The notes beneath the pieces were generated by a model, which worked only from the letters and a program-made list of their open reading frames with translations, ran no database searches and was not told the origin of the DNA. The translations under genes and the position numbers were made by a program. Below are positions 10,950-19,914 of a DNA stretch of 64,000 nucleotides, in pieces. The stretch is from Tortispora ganteri (Eukaryota), in the NCBI GenBank assembly GCA_003707115.1, contig PPNB01000003.1, positions 124,001 to 188,000 on the forward strand, read 5' to 3'. Position 1 is the first letter of the stretch. Each line of letters starts with the position of its first letter.

Positions 10950-13900
10950 ATGGAAAACAACAGCACTAAACCTTCTAGATCAGTACATAAACCACGCCTT
11001 CGATCTCCTTCTCCAACTCGAATCTATTCAAAGAGACACCGATCACGCAGAGCGCTCTCCACTGAGCTACCCAGCATGCGCAACTCCACCCGCCGCTCTT
11101 CGCGCAATTCCACCTCAGATAATTCTCTGTACAATGCAAAGTCGTTAAGGAAAGAGACAAAGACAAGCGCAACCGACGCAAAGGAAGCAAGACGCCTCTC
11201 CAAGGACTCGTCTGATTTATCTCCTATCCGCCATCACCGCCGCAGCTCTCACCAGCCACCACCACCGCCTCCAGACTTGGAAAATGCCTCGAGCTCTACG
11301 GATTTTTGTCCACAAAACTCTAATAATCGTTTTTTCGACGCATTTGGCGACGACCACTCTTCGCACAACTCGCCGCAGCAGCTTGCATTCACTCGTCATG
11401 TGCTACAAAATGAAGACTATAATGACGACGATAACGACGATGACCTACTGTTACACGAGAACGATATCGATATCCAGGAATCCGAAAATGCAGCAGATGA
11501 CGAAGGTAGCAATAACGACTACATCAGCGACGACCGTCTCACTGCCGACGACATTTATGACGATAATAACGCCTACGATGATAATGGCAACATCGACGAT
11601 GACGACGACGAGCATGATGAAGAATATGATGAAGATGAAGATGAAGATGAAGATGAAGATGAAGACGAAGATGAAGCTGAAGAAGGCAGAGATTCTGGAA
11701 GTTTGCGCTTTGGACATGCAGTTCACAGTAATGACTTGTACTCGCTCATCAATCATATCCGTGGAAATTTAGCCGACCGACGTCAAGGTCCCGGATCTGA
11801 AATGAACAGATTTTCCATGATATCGGAATCTGTTATTTTGAACGATTCATTTCCTGTTTCCAAACTGCTCGAAACTATCCGTGATGAAAATTTAATGCCC
11901 TTTGAGAGGGCTGAAGCAGTGCAAGAAATGTATACTCTCATCCTCATGTGCCCTGAGGAGCACGTACCTCGCATGTTTCCTATCAACTCCCTGTTGCGTT
12001 CTTTGCTTCAAATTCTGTCAAACACCCCTGAGCTGGCAGATGACTCTTATATTGATCTCATGATCGGAAGCTGCACCTGCATGCTGAATATTTTAGATGC
12101 TTGTCCGGCTTCTACAGCCAACTTCACTGCGGTTAACGCTATACCCACGCTGATTAACCAATTCCAAGACATGCAGTATATTGAAGTTGTGGAACAATGT
12201 TTGAAGATCCTCAAAATCCTTGCTAGCGACAACGCAGAAACGATTAGACAGCTAGGATTATTGCAGTTCTTTAGCTTCATAGATTTTTTCTCCTCAAATC
12301 TACAGGCATCTTGCGTGGCAATCGTCTCAGATTGCTGCGCAGGTCTTACACCTAATGACTATGACTTAATAGAAGGTGTTCTTCCTTCTATAGAAAACGT
12401 TCTGTCCGGCTACGGAGCTCCTGTCGTTGAACAGGCAGTAATAGCTTTATCTCGCATTGCAGCATCTTACAGGAACAAACCCGAATTGCTTGAGAAAATT
12501 TTTTCTGTTTCATTAATGGAAAAGTATTTGAAAGTTTTGTTTCAGGAATCGGCACCTGAAATATCTGGAACTGCACGCAAGCATATGTTACAGTCTTTGT
12601 CCATGATTGCCAAAAGCTCGTCTTTAGTGGCTTCAAAGTTGGTGAAAGCCGATATTGGAAACCGCATTTATGAAAATATCATTGGACGCTCTTTCGCGAA
12701 CGATTCTGCCGAAAGTCATTCTGCACAGATATTGCAAGCCTTGGCTACATCTCAGCGCCAATTCCTGGTAGAATGTTTAACGATATTTGTTGAGATATTG
12801 CCGCGCATATCTGAAGGTTCAAAATATACTGATGTTGAATTCAACAAAATGTGGACTACATCAACTCAAAGCAAGCCACAGATAAGGTCTCGGGATGCTG
12901 AACGGCTTTTTTACCTTCGGCAGAATGAGGAGGAGCTTAAATCGTTCTCCTTGGTAGTACTGACTCTTTCCATGGAAATATATACCAACTCTGATAGTGT
13001 TGATATTCGCCGCCTCTGTATGGGCGCTATATATCGCATCATTTCAACACTGCCAGATGATGCATTAGCTAACTTGGTTCCAATAGAAAAGCTGTGCCCT
13101 CTTTTAGTTCCTGCAATTGCGTCAGGCGACGAAAGAAGAACTCTCTCTTATGCTGTGCATATTACTAATCTTCTTATTAATGCAGTTCCAGATGTCACGG
13201 TTCCACAGCTTTATAGACAAGGTGTTGTCGATAAATTACACAAGTATGTCACCACTGTTATGCGCGATTTTCCAGTGAAAGACGATTTGAAGACATATTA
13301 CTCTGAAATAATTGTCTTCTTGCTGGATAGATTCAAAAAGAACAATATGGAACGCAATCCCGATGCCACCGAAACCTCCTGGCAAATAGAACTCAGTCAA
13401 GGCGATAGTTCACTCCTTATAGCTGGAAGGGCAGCTGATGTTTGCTTAGCGCTAGAGTGTACTTCATTTGTGTCTAAAGCTGAAGGATTAACTGGATCTT
13501 TAAAGGTGCTTAGCGAAATTGCTGCTTCATTAGACCAGCGCTTGAATTCTGTGGAGGCTCTAGTAACTATGCGCAATATTTTTTCGGGGAATGGACTAGA
13601 ATGTGGTCTAGATTCAGCTTTTCCTTCTGTGTTTGAGTTAGCTAGGTCTCACCTTTTCGACTCTCTGCTTACCTTTCTGACTGATGGCTCAGATGAAGAA
13701 ATCCACCAAAGTCGGTTACAGTTTGCGAGAGTTTTTTATACACAATGTGTCCCTGAAAATGCTGCATTGAAGAGACTGATAGATACTCTGCAATCAATAT
13801 TCAGCGCCAACGAGAATTTTAATCTCTTGTTACCTTCACAATGGAGAGCTTCTCGCTCTATGAGCACATCCGAATCTCAAAATTCTGGTAGCTTGGGTGA

Positions 13901-16205
13901 TCTCACACGTCAAGTACTATTACGGCTAGTTGCGGACACTGAAGATTCTCGTTACGAGAAGATACCAGAGAATTCTCGCAGGATAAATGTAACGCTGCAT
14001 GCGATTGCTACGTTTAGCATTTTAGATGATTTCCTTGTCGCGCGAACTAGAAGTTCCAGGACTCCAAGTTCAGATTTCAGACGGTTACAACAATTTTTTA
14101 GAAACCGTTTAGATGGAATTCACCAATCCAGTGCGTTGTATTCGTCCGAGGGCAGTGATGATGATGAAGAAAATGTGCTCGAAGATGATGAAGAGGTAGA
14201 TGACGATGATGATGAAGAAGAAGAAGAAGAAGAAGAAAAAGAAGAAGAAGAAGAGGGAGAAGAGGAAGAAACAGAAGCAGATTTGGATCCTATGGCAATG
14301 TCTGTAACTGCGGATAACCCTTCTCAAGCATCAGATGCTGGACATGGCGACTTTGGCATGGATTCTCGAATGGAAGATACTAATGCCTCTGAAGAATTGG
14401 AGAACAACAGTGACGAGGAAGAGGAAAATCAGAACTATCATTTCGAGTTTTTCATAGATGGGAAACGAATCACAAATACCATGACCGCTTTTTATGCCCT
14501 TTATGAGACCGGTTTGGTTGGAGATACAAGTACTTTTTGGACGCGGGATCATGAAGTGGTATTTCGTCAGGTACCTGGCAGACGCGAGTCTGATTCTTAT
14601 AATGAACGCCATTTACAATATTTTGACTCGGATATACAGGATAACGATAGTCATCAAATTTCAGACAGAGCATTTGACAATCTGAGACTTTTGGAAACAC
14701 TATATTTTATTAATGAGAGACTTTCTACATTGATACCGGACACTTTTGTGAAGCCATTAAATCAGAATTTGTTTGTTAATGCTAAGATTACTACCAAGTT
14801 GATGCGTCAGTTAGATGAGCCACTAGTCGTTGCAAGTTCCTGTGTACCTTATTGGTGCATACTGATAGCCCGTCGATTTTTTTTCATTCTACCGTTTGAA
14901 GCCAGACATCAGTTCATGCAAGCTACATCCTTTGGATATTCAAGATCTATTGCTTTATGGGATAATCGGGATAATGGAGGAAGCGGCAATAATAGGAGAC
15001 AATCAACAGCGCACCGCAGTAGTAGTTATGGTCGTCTTCAGCGTCAGAAAGTTCGAGTTTCAAGGAATCATATGCTTCAGAATGCGGTGAAAGTAATGGA
15101 ATCATACGGTAAAGGGCCTCATGTGTTGGAAATCGAATACTTCGGCGAAGTTGGAATTGGTCTCGGACCTACCTTGGAATTTTATTCACTTATTTCTTCA
15201 GAATTCACATTGAAGAAATTGCGTATGTGGCGAGACGAAAACCCACGTTCAGATTCTAGGCACGTAACAGCTCCTAATGGACTGTTTCCTGCTCCTATGA
15301 GCTTAAAGATGACGGAAACGGAAAGTGGGAAATTTTCGCTTCGCATGTTTGAGGTTCTTGGTATATTTGTTGCAAGAGCTTTGTTGGATTCTCGCATTAT
15401 AGATATTCCATTTAATCTGAATTTCTTTCGATCAGTGGTGGAAGAGAGTTGTTCTGTTCCAAGCATGTTACAGGAGCGTCAACTCACTTTGGTTGCCCTT
15501 GCACAAGTTGCGCCTGAGCATGCCAATGCTTTGAAAAAGGTAATGGAGCTTGCAGAAATAGAAGATGAGATGACTAAACAGGAATCTATTGCGAATCTGT
15601 ATCTTGGTTTTACTCTTCCTGGATACCCGGAGTATGAGCTTATCGAAGGTGGTTCTGATATTGCAGTAAGCGCTGACAATGTTGATTTGTATATCAAAAG
15701 AGTTATTGAGGTTACTCTTCGCGAAGGCATTCAAAGACAGATATCAGCGTTTTGTGATGGCTTTTCTAAAGTTTTTCCTGTGCAATCACTAGAGTCATTC
15801 ACGGCCGAGGAACTTGTTATGATTTGTAGCAATCGCGAGATTGATTTCTCCATGCCCACTTTGCTTGGAGAGGTGAAAGCGGAGCACGGATACACTAGCG
15901 AATCTGTTAAGTTTAGATGGTTGCTTGAAACACTTTCACAGATGGATACCAATGAAAAGAGATCATTTTTGCAGTTCATGACTGGAAGTCCTAATCTACC
16001 AATTGGAGGACTGAGTGTGCTTACACCGCCGATGACGGTTGTTTGCAAAGAGCCGGATCAAGGGTATTCTGCTGATGATTACTTGCCAAGTGTGATGACA
16101 TGTGCCAATTATTTGAAACTGCCGCCATATAGCTCTATAGAAGTATTGCAGAAGCAACTAAAGAAGGCTATGAGTGATGGTCTGGGACCATTCTTATTGT
16201 CTTAA
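10950..16205 (+). CDS. UFD4: HECT E3 ubiquitin ligase Ufd4/TRIP12-like
   Basis: 1751-aa ORF with an ARM-like region and a HECT domain: LEIEYFGEVGIGLGPTLEFY, FLQFMTGSPNLPIGG, catalytic LPSVMTCANYLKLP. Confidence 0.9.
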   Translation: MENNSTKPSRSVHKPRLRSPSPTRIYSKRHRSRRALSTELPSMRNSTRRSSRNSTSDNSLYNAKSLRKETKTSATDAKEARRLSKDSSDLSPIRHHRRSSHQPPPPPPDLENASSSTDFCPQNSNNRFFDAFGDDHSSHNSPQQLAFTRHVLQNEDYNDDDNDDDLLLHENDIDIQESENAADDEGSNNDYISDDRLTADDIYDDNNAYDDNGNIDDDDDEHDEEYDEDEDEDEDEDEDEDEAEEGRDSGSLRFGHAVHSNDLYSLINHIRGNLADRRQGPGSEMNRFSMISESVILNDSFPVSKLLETIRDENLMPFERAEAVQEMYTLILMCPEEHVPRMFPINSLLRSLLQILSNTPELADDSYIDLMIGSCTCMLNILDACPASTANFTAVNAIPTLINQFQDMQYIEVVEQCLKILKILASDNAETIRQLGLLQFFSFIDFFSSNLQASCVAIVSDCCAGLTPNDYDLIEGVLPSIENVLSGYGAPVVEQAVIALSRIAASYRNKPELLEKIFSVSLMEKYLKVLFQESAPEISGTARKHMLQSLSMIAKSSSLVASKLVKADIGNRIYENIIGRSFANDSAESHSAQILQALATSQRQFLVECLTIFVEILPRISEGSKYTDVEFNKMWTTSTQSKPQIRSRDAERLFYLRQNEEELKSFSLVVLTLSMEIYTNSDSVDIRRLCMGAIYRIISTLPDDALANLVPIEKLCPLLVPAIASGDERRTLSYAVHITNLLINAVPDVTVPQLYRQGVVDKLHKYVTTVMRDFPVKDDLKTYYSEIIVFLLDRFKKNNMERNPDATETSWQIELSQGDSSLLIAGRAADVCLALECTSFVSKAEGLTGSLKVLSEIAASLDQRLNSVEALVTMRNIFSGNGLECGLDSAFPSVFELARSHLFDSLLTFLTDGSDEEIHQSRLQFARVFYTQCVPENAALKRLIDTLQSIFSANENFNLLLPSQWRASRSMSTSESQNSGSLGDLTRQVLLRLVADTEDSRYEKIPENSRRINVTLHAIATFSILDDFLVARTRSSRTPSSDFRRLQQFFRNRLDGIHQSSALYSSEGSDDDEENVLEDDEEVDDDDDEEEEEEEEKEEEEEGEEEETEADLDPMAMSVTADNPSQASDAGHGDFGMDSRMEDTNASEELENNSDEEEENQNYHFEFFIDGKRITNTMTAFYALYETGLVGDTSTFWTRDHEVVFRQVPGRRESDSYNERHLQYFDSDIQDNDSHQISDRAFDNLRLLETLYFINERLSTLIPDTFVKPLNQNLFVNAKITTKLMRQLDEPLVVASSCVPYWCILIARRFFFILPFEARHQFMQATSFGYSRSIALWDNRDNGGSGNNRRQSTAHRSSSYGRLQRQKVRVSRNHMLQNAVKVMESYGKGPHVLEIEYFGEVGIGLGPTLEFYSLISSEFTLKKLRMWRDENPRSDSRHVTAPNGLFPAPMSLKMTETESGKFSLRMFEVLGIFVARALLDSRIIDIPFNLNFFRSVVEESCSVPSMLQERQLTLVALAQVAPEHANALKKVMELAEIEDEMTKQESIANLYLGFTLPGYPEYELIEGGSDIAVSADNVDLYIKRVIEVTLREGIQRQISAFCDGFSKVFPVQSLESFTAEELVMICSNREIDFSMPTLLGEVKAEHGYTSESVKFRWLLETLSQMDTNEKRSFLQFMTGSPNLPIGGLSVLTPPMTVVCKEPDQGYSADDYLPSVMTCANYLKLPPYSSIEVLQKQLKKAMSDGLGPFLLS
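11628..11675 (+). repeat. (GATGAA)n coding repeat (poly-DE) in UFD4
   Basis: About 8 tandem GATGAA units. Confidence 0.85.
14214..14252 (+). repeat. (GAA)n coding repeat (poly-E) in UFD4
   Basis: GAA triplet run with one AAA interruption. Confidence 0.85.
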
Positions 16206-16312
16206 AAACTTCAGACGCAGGCTACATGGGGATTTGGGGATCCACTACGGAACTTAATACGGTAAAAGACAATATAAATTGCGTAAGACGAAAAAATATA
16301 AAAAATTAACAC

Positions 16313-17398
16313 TTAGATAGTGCCAGTAGCGTTGAAGTCGTCGAGGGCAGTGCTTATACGAGTTGCCATGACTTTTTCACCTTCACGAACCCAGACTCGA
16401 GGGTCGAAATATTTCTTGTTAGGTTTGTCTTCACCATCAGGGTTGCCGACAGGGGTCATGAGGTAGTCCTTCTTTGCGAGGATGTAATCTCTGACACCAG
16501 AAAGGTAAGCGTATTGCAAATCAGTGTCGAGGTTAACTTTGACCACACCGTTGCTGATTGCCTCCTTGTACTCGTCAAGGGTAGATCCAGATCCACCGTG
16601 GAAAACAAAGAAGACAGGTTTGTCGGTTTTGCTTGAGATAGCAGCGGAGACATGCTCTTGGTGTTTTCCGAGAAGTCCAGGCTGGAGTTTGACGTTTCCA
16701 GGCTTATAGACACCGTGAACGTTACCGAAGCCAGCAGCAATCGAGAAGTAAGGACCGACGGGGGCCAAGGCGTTATAGACATCAAGGATGTCGGCGGGTT
16801 GGGTGTAGAGAGAAGAATTGTCAACACCAGTATTGTCAACACCATCTTCCTCACCGCCGGTAATACCGATTTCCATCTCGAGCCACTGCTTCATGGGAGC
16901 GGCACGTTCGAAGTATTTCTTGGTAATAGCGATGTTCTCTTCCTTAGTCTCCTCAGAGAGATCGACCATATGAGAGGAGAAGAGAGGTTCGCCGTGAGCC
17001 TTGAAGTACTTCTCATCCTCATCGAGGAGACCATCGAGCCAGGGAAGGAGTTTCTTAGCGCAATGATCAGTATGAAGAACGACAGGGACTCCATAGATAG
17101 GGGCGATGGATCGGATGTAGTGAGCAGCAGCAATACCACCTGCGATAGATGCTTCCTGGCTCTTATTTCCAACGCTTTTACCAGCGAAGAAAGCAGCACC
17201 GCCGTTGGACATCTGGAGGATGATAGGCGACTTGTGGTCACGGGCAGCTTCCAAGGCAGCGATGACAGTGGAAGAGGAGGTGACATTGCAGGCGGGGATG
17301 GCAAAACCGTGGTCTCTAGCGTATTTAAATAAGTTAAGGACATCATCGCCGACAATTACGCCGGACTTGCGCTCGAGTACGTCTAAAACAGAAGGCAT
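16313..17398 (-). CDS. FBA1: Class II fructose-bisphosphate aldolase
   Basis: VLHTDHCAKKLLPW, EMEIGITGGEEDG, GNVHGVYKPG, FVFHGGSGS, PNKKYFDPRVWVREGE; strong codon bias. Confidence 0.97.
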   Translation of the reverse strand: MPSVLDVLERKSGVIVGDDVLNLFKYARDHGFAIPACNVTSSSTVIAALEAARDHKSPIILQMSNGGAAFFAGKSVGNKSQEASIAGGIAAAHYIRSIAPIYGVPVVLHTDHCAKKLLPWLDGLLDEDEKYFKAHGEPLFSSHMVDLSEETKEENIAITKKYFERAAPMKQWLEMEIGITGGEEDGVDNTGVDNSSLYTQPADILDVYNALAPVGPYFSIAAGFGNVHGVYKPGNVKLQPGLLGKHQEHVSAAISSKTDKPVFFVFHGGSGSTLDEYKEAISNGVVKVNLDTDLQYAYLSGVRDYILAKKDYLMTPVGNPDGEDKPNKKYFDPRVWVREGEKVMATRISTALDDFNATGTI

Positions 17399-17406
17399 TG
17401 TAGAGA

Positions 17407-17592
17407 CTAAATGACGTTAGTTTGATGTAACAGAGATAGGAGTTAAGTCAGGTAAGAATACACTCTAAGAAAGGACAATATCTTGCGATAAAGCAAAATT
17501 GAAGCAAAACAATGATCGATGATATGCAATTGACCTAATACCTCGGCAATTCTTCTCTTTAAAGAAAACTGACTAAAAAAAGGGCTACTTAC
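17407..17592 (-). other. Spliceosomal intron in FBA1 5' UTR (186 nt)
   Basis: Minus strand reads AAAT|GTAAGT ... AACTAACGTCATTTAG|TCTCTACA-ATG; the intron ends 8 nt before the start codon. Confidence 0.75.
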
Positions 17593-17886
17593 ATTTAAAA
17601 ACCAGATTAATACGAGGTCTGGAAGATCTTTTGGGGTGGGGACAGTCTTATATAACGGAGCCAAATCATCAGTATGAAAGTTACTTTTGGTATATGAGCT
17701 ACATTTGTCTGACCAAAGATGACACAATTGTTGACAATAGAAGCGATTATGTCACTAAATAATCTCCAACAAACTAATTAATATATATTTATGTGCAGAA
17801 ATTTATAAAGGTGCTAGATTTAGTGTGGTTGTAGTGTTAGCAGGGGTTTACGTAGAAGCTGTCCCGTGTTGCTCCGAGCGTGGGAT

Positions 17887-17898
17887 GCGGGGCCCCGC
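17887..17898. promoter_or_regulatory. Perfect palindrome GCGGGGCCCCGC (two inverted Mig1/CreA-type GC boxes) upstream of FBA1
   Basis: 12-bp palindrome; each half matches SYGGRG. Function is inferred. Confidence 0.4.
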
Positions 17899-18095
17899 CT
17901 AGTGTTGAAAGAAGAGCGTGGAACGGTAGACTAAAATCGCGGGAAACTACGGATGGAGACAAACCAATTATGAAGTCTCAGCGTAGTGTATATATTCCAA
18001 AGCAAAACTGTCAAAAAACATAACTGTCGCTATGACTGAATAGAGTATAGAGAGCAAATACAAGACATTCAAATGGTCGTGCGTCGGGATGGCGA

Positions 18096-19757
18096 TCATG
18101 TCATGACATCAGGGATAACACGGCCAATGAACTGCTGCAGCTGCAGCTCTTTAACAGACAAAGTCACATAAGGAGCAAGATAGTCGGCAGCAGACAATTC
18201 ATATTTGGAAGAATCGGTCTCGTGTTTCTCGATGTAGAGTCGGATAGTGGCTCCACTAGACCCGGTACCTGACAGACGAACGACAAAGCGAACACCGTCA
18301 TTGTACTTCACGTATATTCCTTGATGAGACGATACAGATCCGTCTAGATCAGTATAGCTAAAGTCGCCAGCTTCGGAAACTTTTGAACCTATAGAGGATG
18401 TCGATCCGACAAAGGAAGGATCGTTTATCTTGGCCGTGATAGCATCTATCACTTTTGCAGCATCGTTGCTGTCAACTGCTTCGTAATCGTAACGCGTAAA
18501 GAATGTGCGGCCATAAGTATTCCAGAAATCGGTTTGGATCGCAGCTAATGAGGCTTTGCTGGGATCCTCTATGCCTATACTGGCTATGATATTGAGCCAG
18601 GCGAGGATAGCCCAAATACCATCCTTTTCACGGATATGGTTCGAACCAGTTCCGAATGATTCTTCACCGCATATCGACAGCTTGTTGGTATCGAAAAGGT
18701 TACAGAAGAACTTCCAGCCAGTAGGCACCTCGTAAACGTTGAGTCCCTTAGCCTTACCTACGAAATCAATCGCAGCACAAGTGGGCATGCTTCGTGCAAG
18801 TCCATAGACTCCGTTTTTAGCAAAGTAAGGTATTCTGTGAGCGTGATGAGCAATTATAGCTACAGAGTCACCTGGGGAAACAAACGTGTTAGCACCGTAG
18901 ATCATATTTCTGTCGCCGTCACCGTCCGAAGCAGCACCGAAAGGAATAGATTCACGGTCAACTCGTTCTACAAGCGAGTGTGCATATGTGAGATTCGGGT
19001 CGGGATGGAGACCGCCAAAGTCGGGCAGACATTGGCCGTTCTGGATAACAGATTCGGGCAGGCCCAGCTCATCGACCATAATGCTCTTGAAGTATGGCCC
19101 AGTAACGCCATGCAAGGAGTCAAAGAGCATTTTGAATTGTGGGTTAGACGATATGAATGTCTTGATTGCGCCAAAGTCGAAAATGTCTTTGACCATTGCT
19201 ACGTAGTCAGCTGTGGAGTCAATAATCTCAACCTTCAGAGAGCCCATGGAGACCTCTCCGCGTTTTGACAGGTCTACAGGTCCCACTTCAGCAATTTTAT
19301 ATTCGGTAATCTCTTTCGACTTTGCAAATATGGCATTTGTTACAGACTCAGGTGCAGGCCCGCCGTTGGCGAGATTGTACTTGATGCCGAAATCGTTAGT
19401 CGGACCGCCAGGGTTGTGAGAGGCGGTCAGGATGATGCCGCCAGTGGCCTTGTACTTGCGAATTATGTGGCTGGCTGCAGGAGTAGACAAGATACCGTTT
19501 TGTCCTATTATGAGCTTAGAGACAGCATTGGCGGCGGCGATCTTTGTGATTTTTTGGATCACGTGGTCGTTGTAGAACCGGCCGTCTCCCCCAATAACCA
19601 GAGTAGCACCTGGTGCACCTTCGGGGATTGAGTCAAGAATTGACTGAACAAAGTTTTCTACATAGTTTTCCTGCTGGAAAACTGTTACTTTCTTCCTTAA
19701 ACCTGACGTGCCAGGCTTCTGGTCGTTGAAAGGCGTGGTCTTCACGATAGTGGTCAT
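18096..19757 (-). CDS. PGM2: Phosphoglucomutase
   Basis: DQKPGTSGLRKK, catalytic TASHNPGG, metal loop DGDGDR, CGEESFGTGS. Confidence 0.95.
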   Translation of the reverse strand: MTTIVKTTPFNDQKPGTSGLRKKVTVFQQENYVENFVQSILDSIPEGAPGATLVIGGDGRFYNDHVIQKITKIAAANAVSKLIIGQNGILSTPAASHIIRKYKATGGIILTASHNPGGPTNDFGIKYNLANGGPAPESVTNAIFAKSKEITEYKIAEVGPVDLSKRGEVSMGSLKVEIIDSTADYVAMVKDIFDFGAIKTFISSNPQFKMLFDSLHGVTGPYFKSIMVDELGLPESVIQNGQCLPDFGGLHPDPNLTYAHSLVERVDRESIPFGAASDGDGDRNMIYGANTFVSPGDSVAIIAHHAHRIPYFAKNGVYGLARSMPTCAAIDFVGKAKGLNVYEVPTGWKFFCNLFDTNKLSICGEESFGTGSNHIREKDGIWAILAWLNIIASIGIEDPSKASLAAIQTDFWNTYGRTFFTRYDYEAVDSNDAAKVIDAITAKINDPSFVGSTSSIGSKVSEAGDFSYTDLDGSVSSHQGIYVKYNDGVRFVVRLSGTGSSGATIRLYIEKHETDSSKYELSAADYLAPYVTLSVKELQLQQFIGRVIPDVMT

Positions 19758-19914
19758 TGTCGAAAGGTAAGTTTGGGCTGGGAGGGATAAGGAGGGTAAC
19801 TAAATCCTCAAGGTACGATCGAAAACAGTTGCAGTCCAAAAGAGGCGGAGTGTCGTATTCAAGTTCCACAAGAGATGTCGTGTTCTCGTTTTGCTTTTTT
19901 TTTTGTCTTAGCAA

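Noticed and set aside
16652..17332. 226-aa antisense ORF over FBA1 (also 49493-50389 over the CBM48 gene, 25077-25724 over ASN/PBA2, and 63497-63889 over ATP2)
   Set aside because: Shadow ORFs expected from the codon bias of the sense genes; no recognisable protein features.
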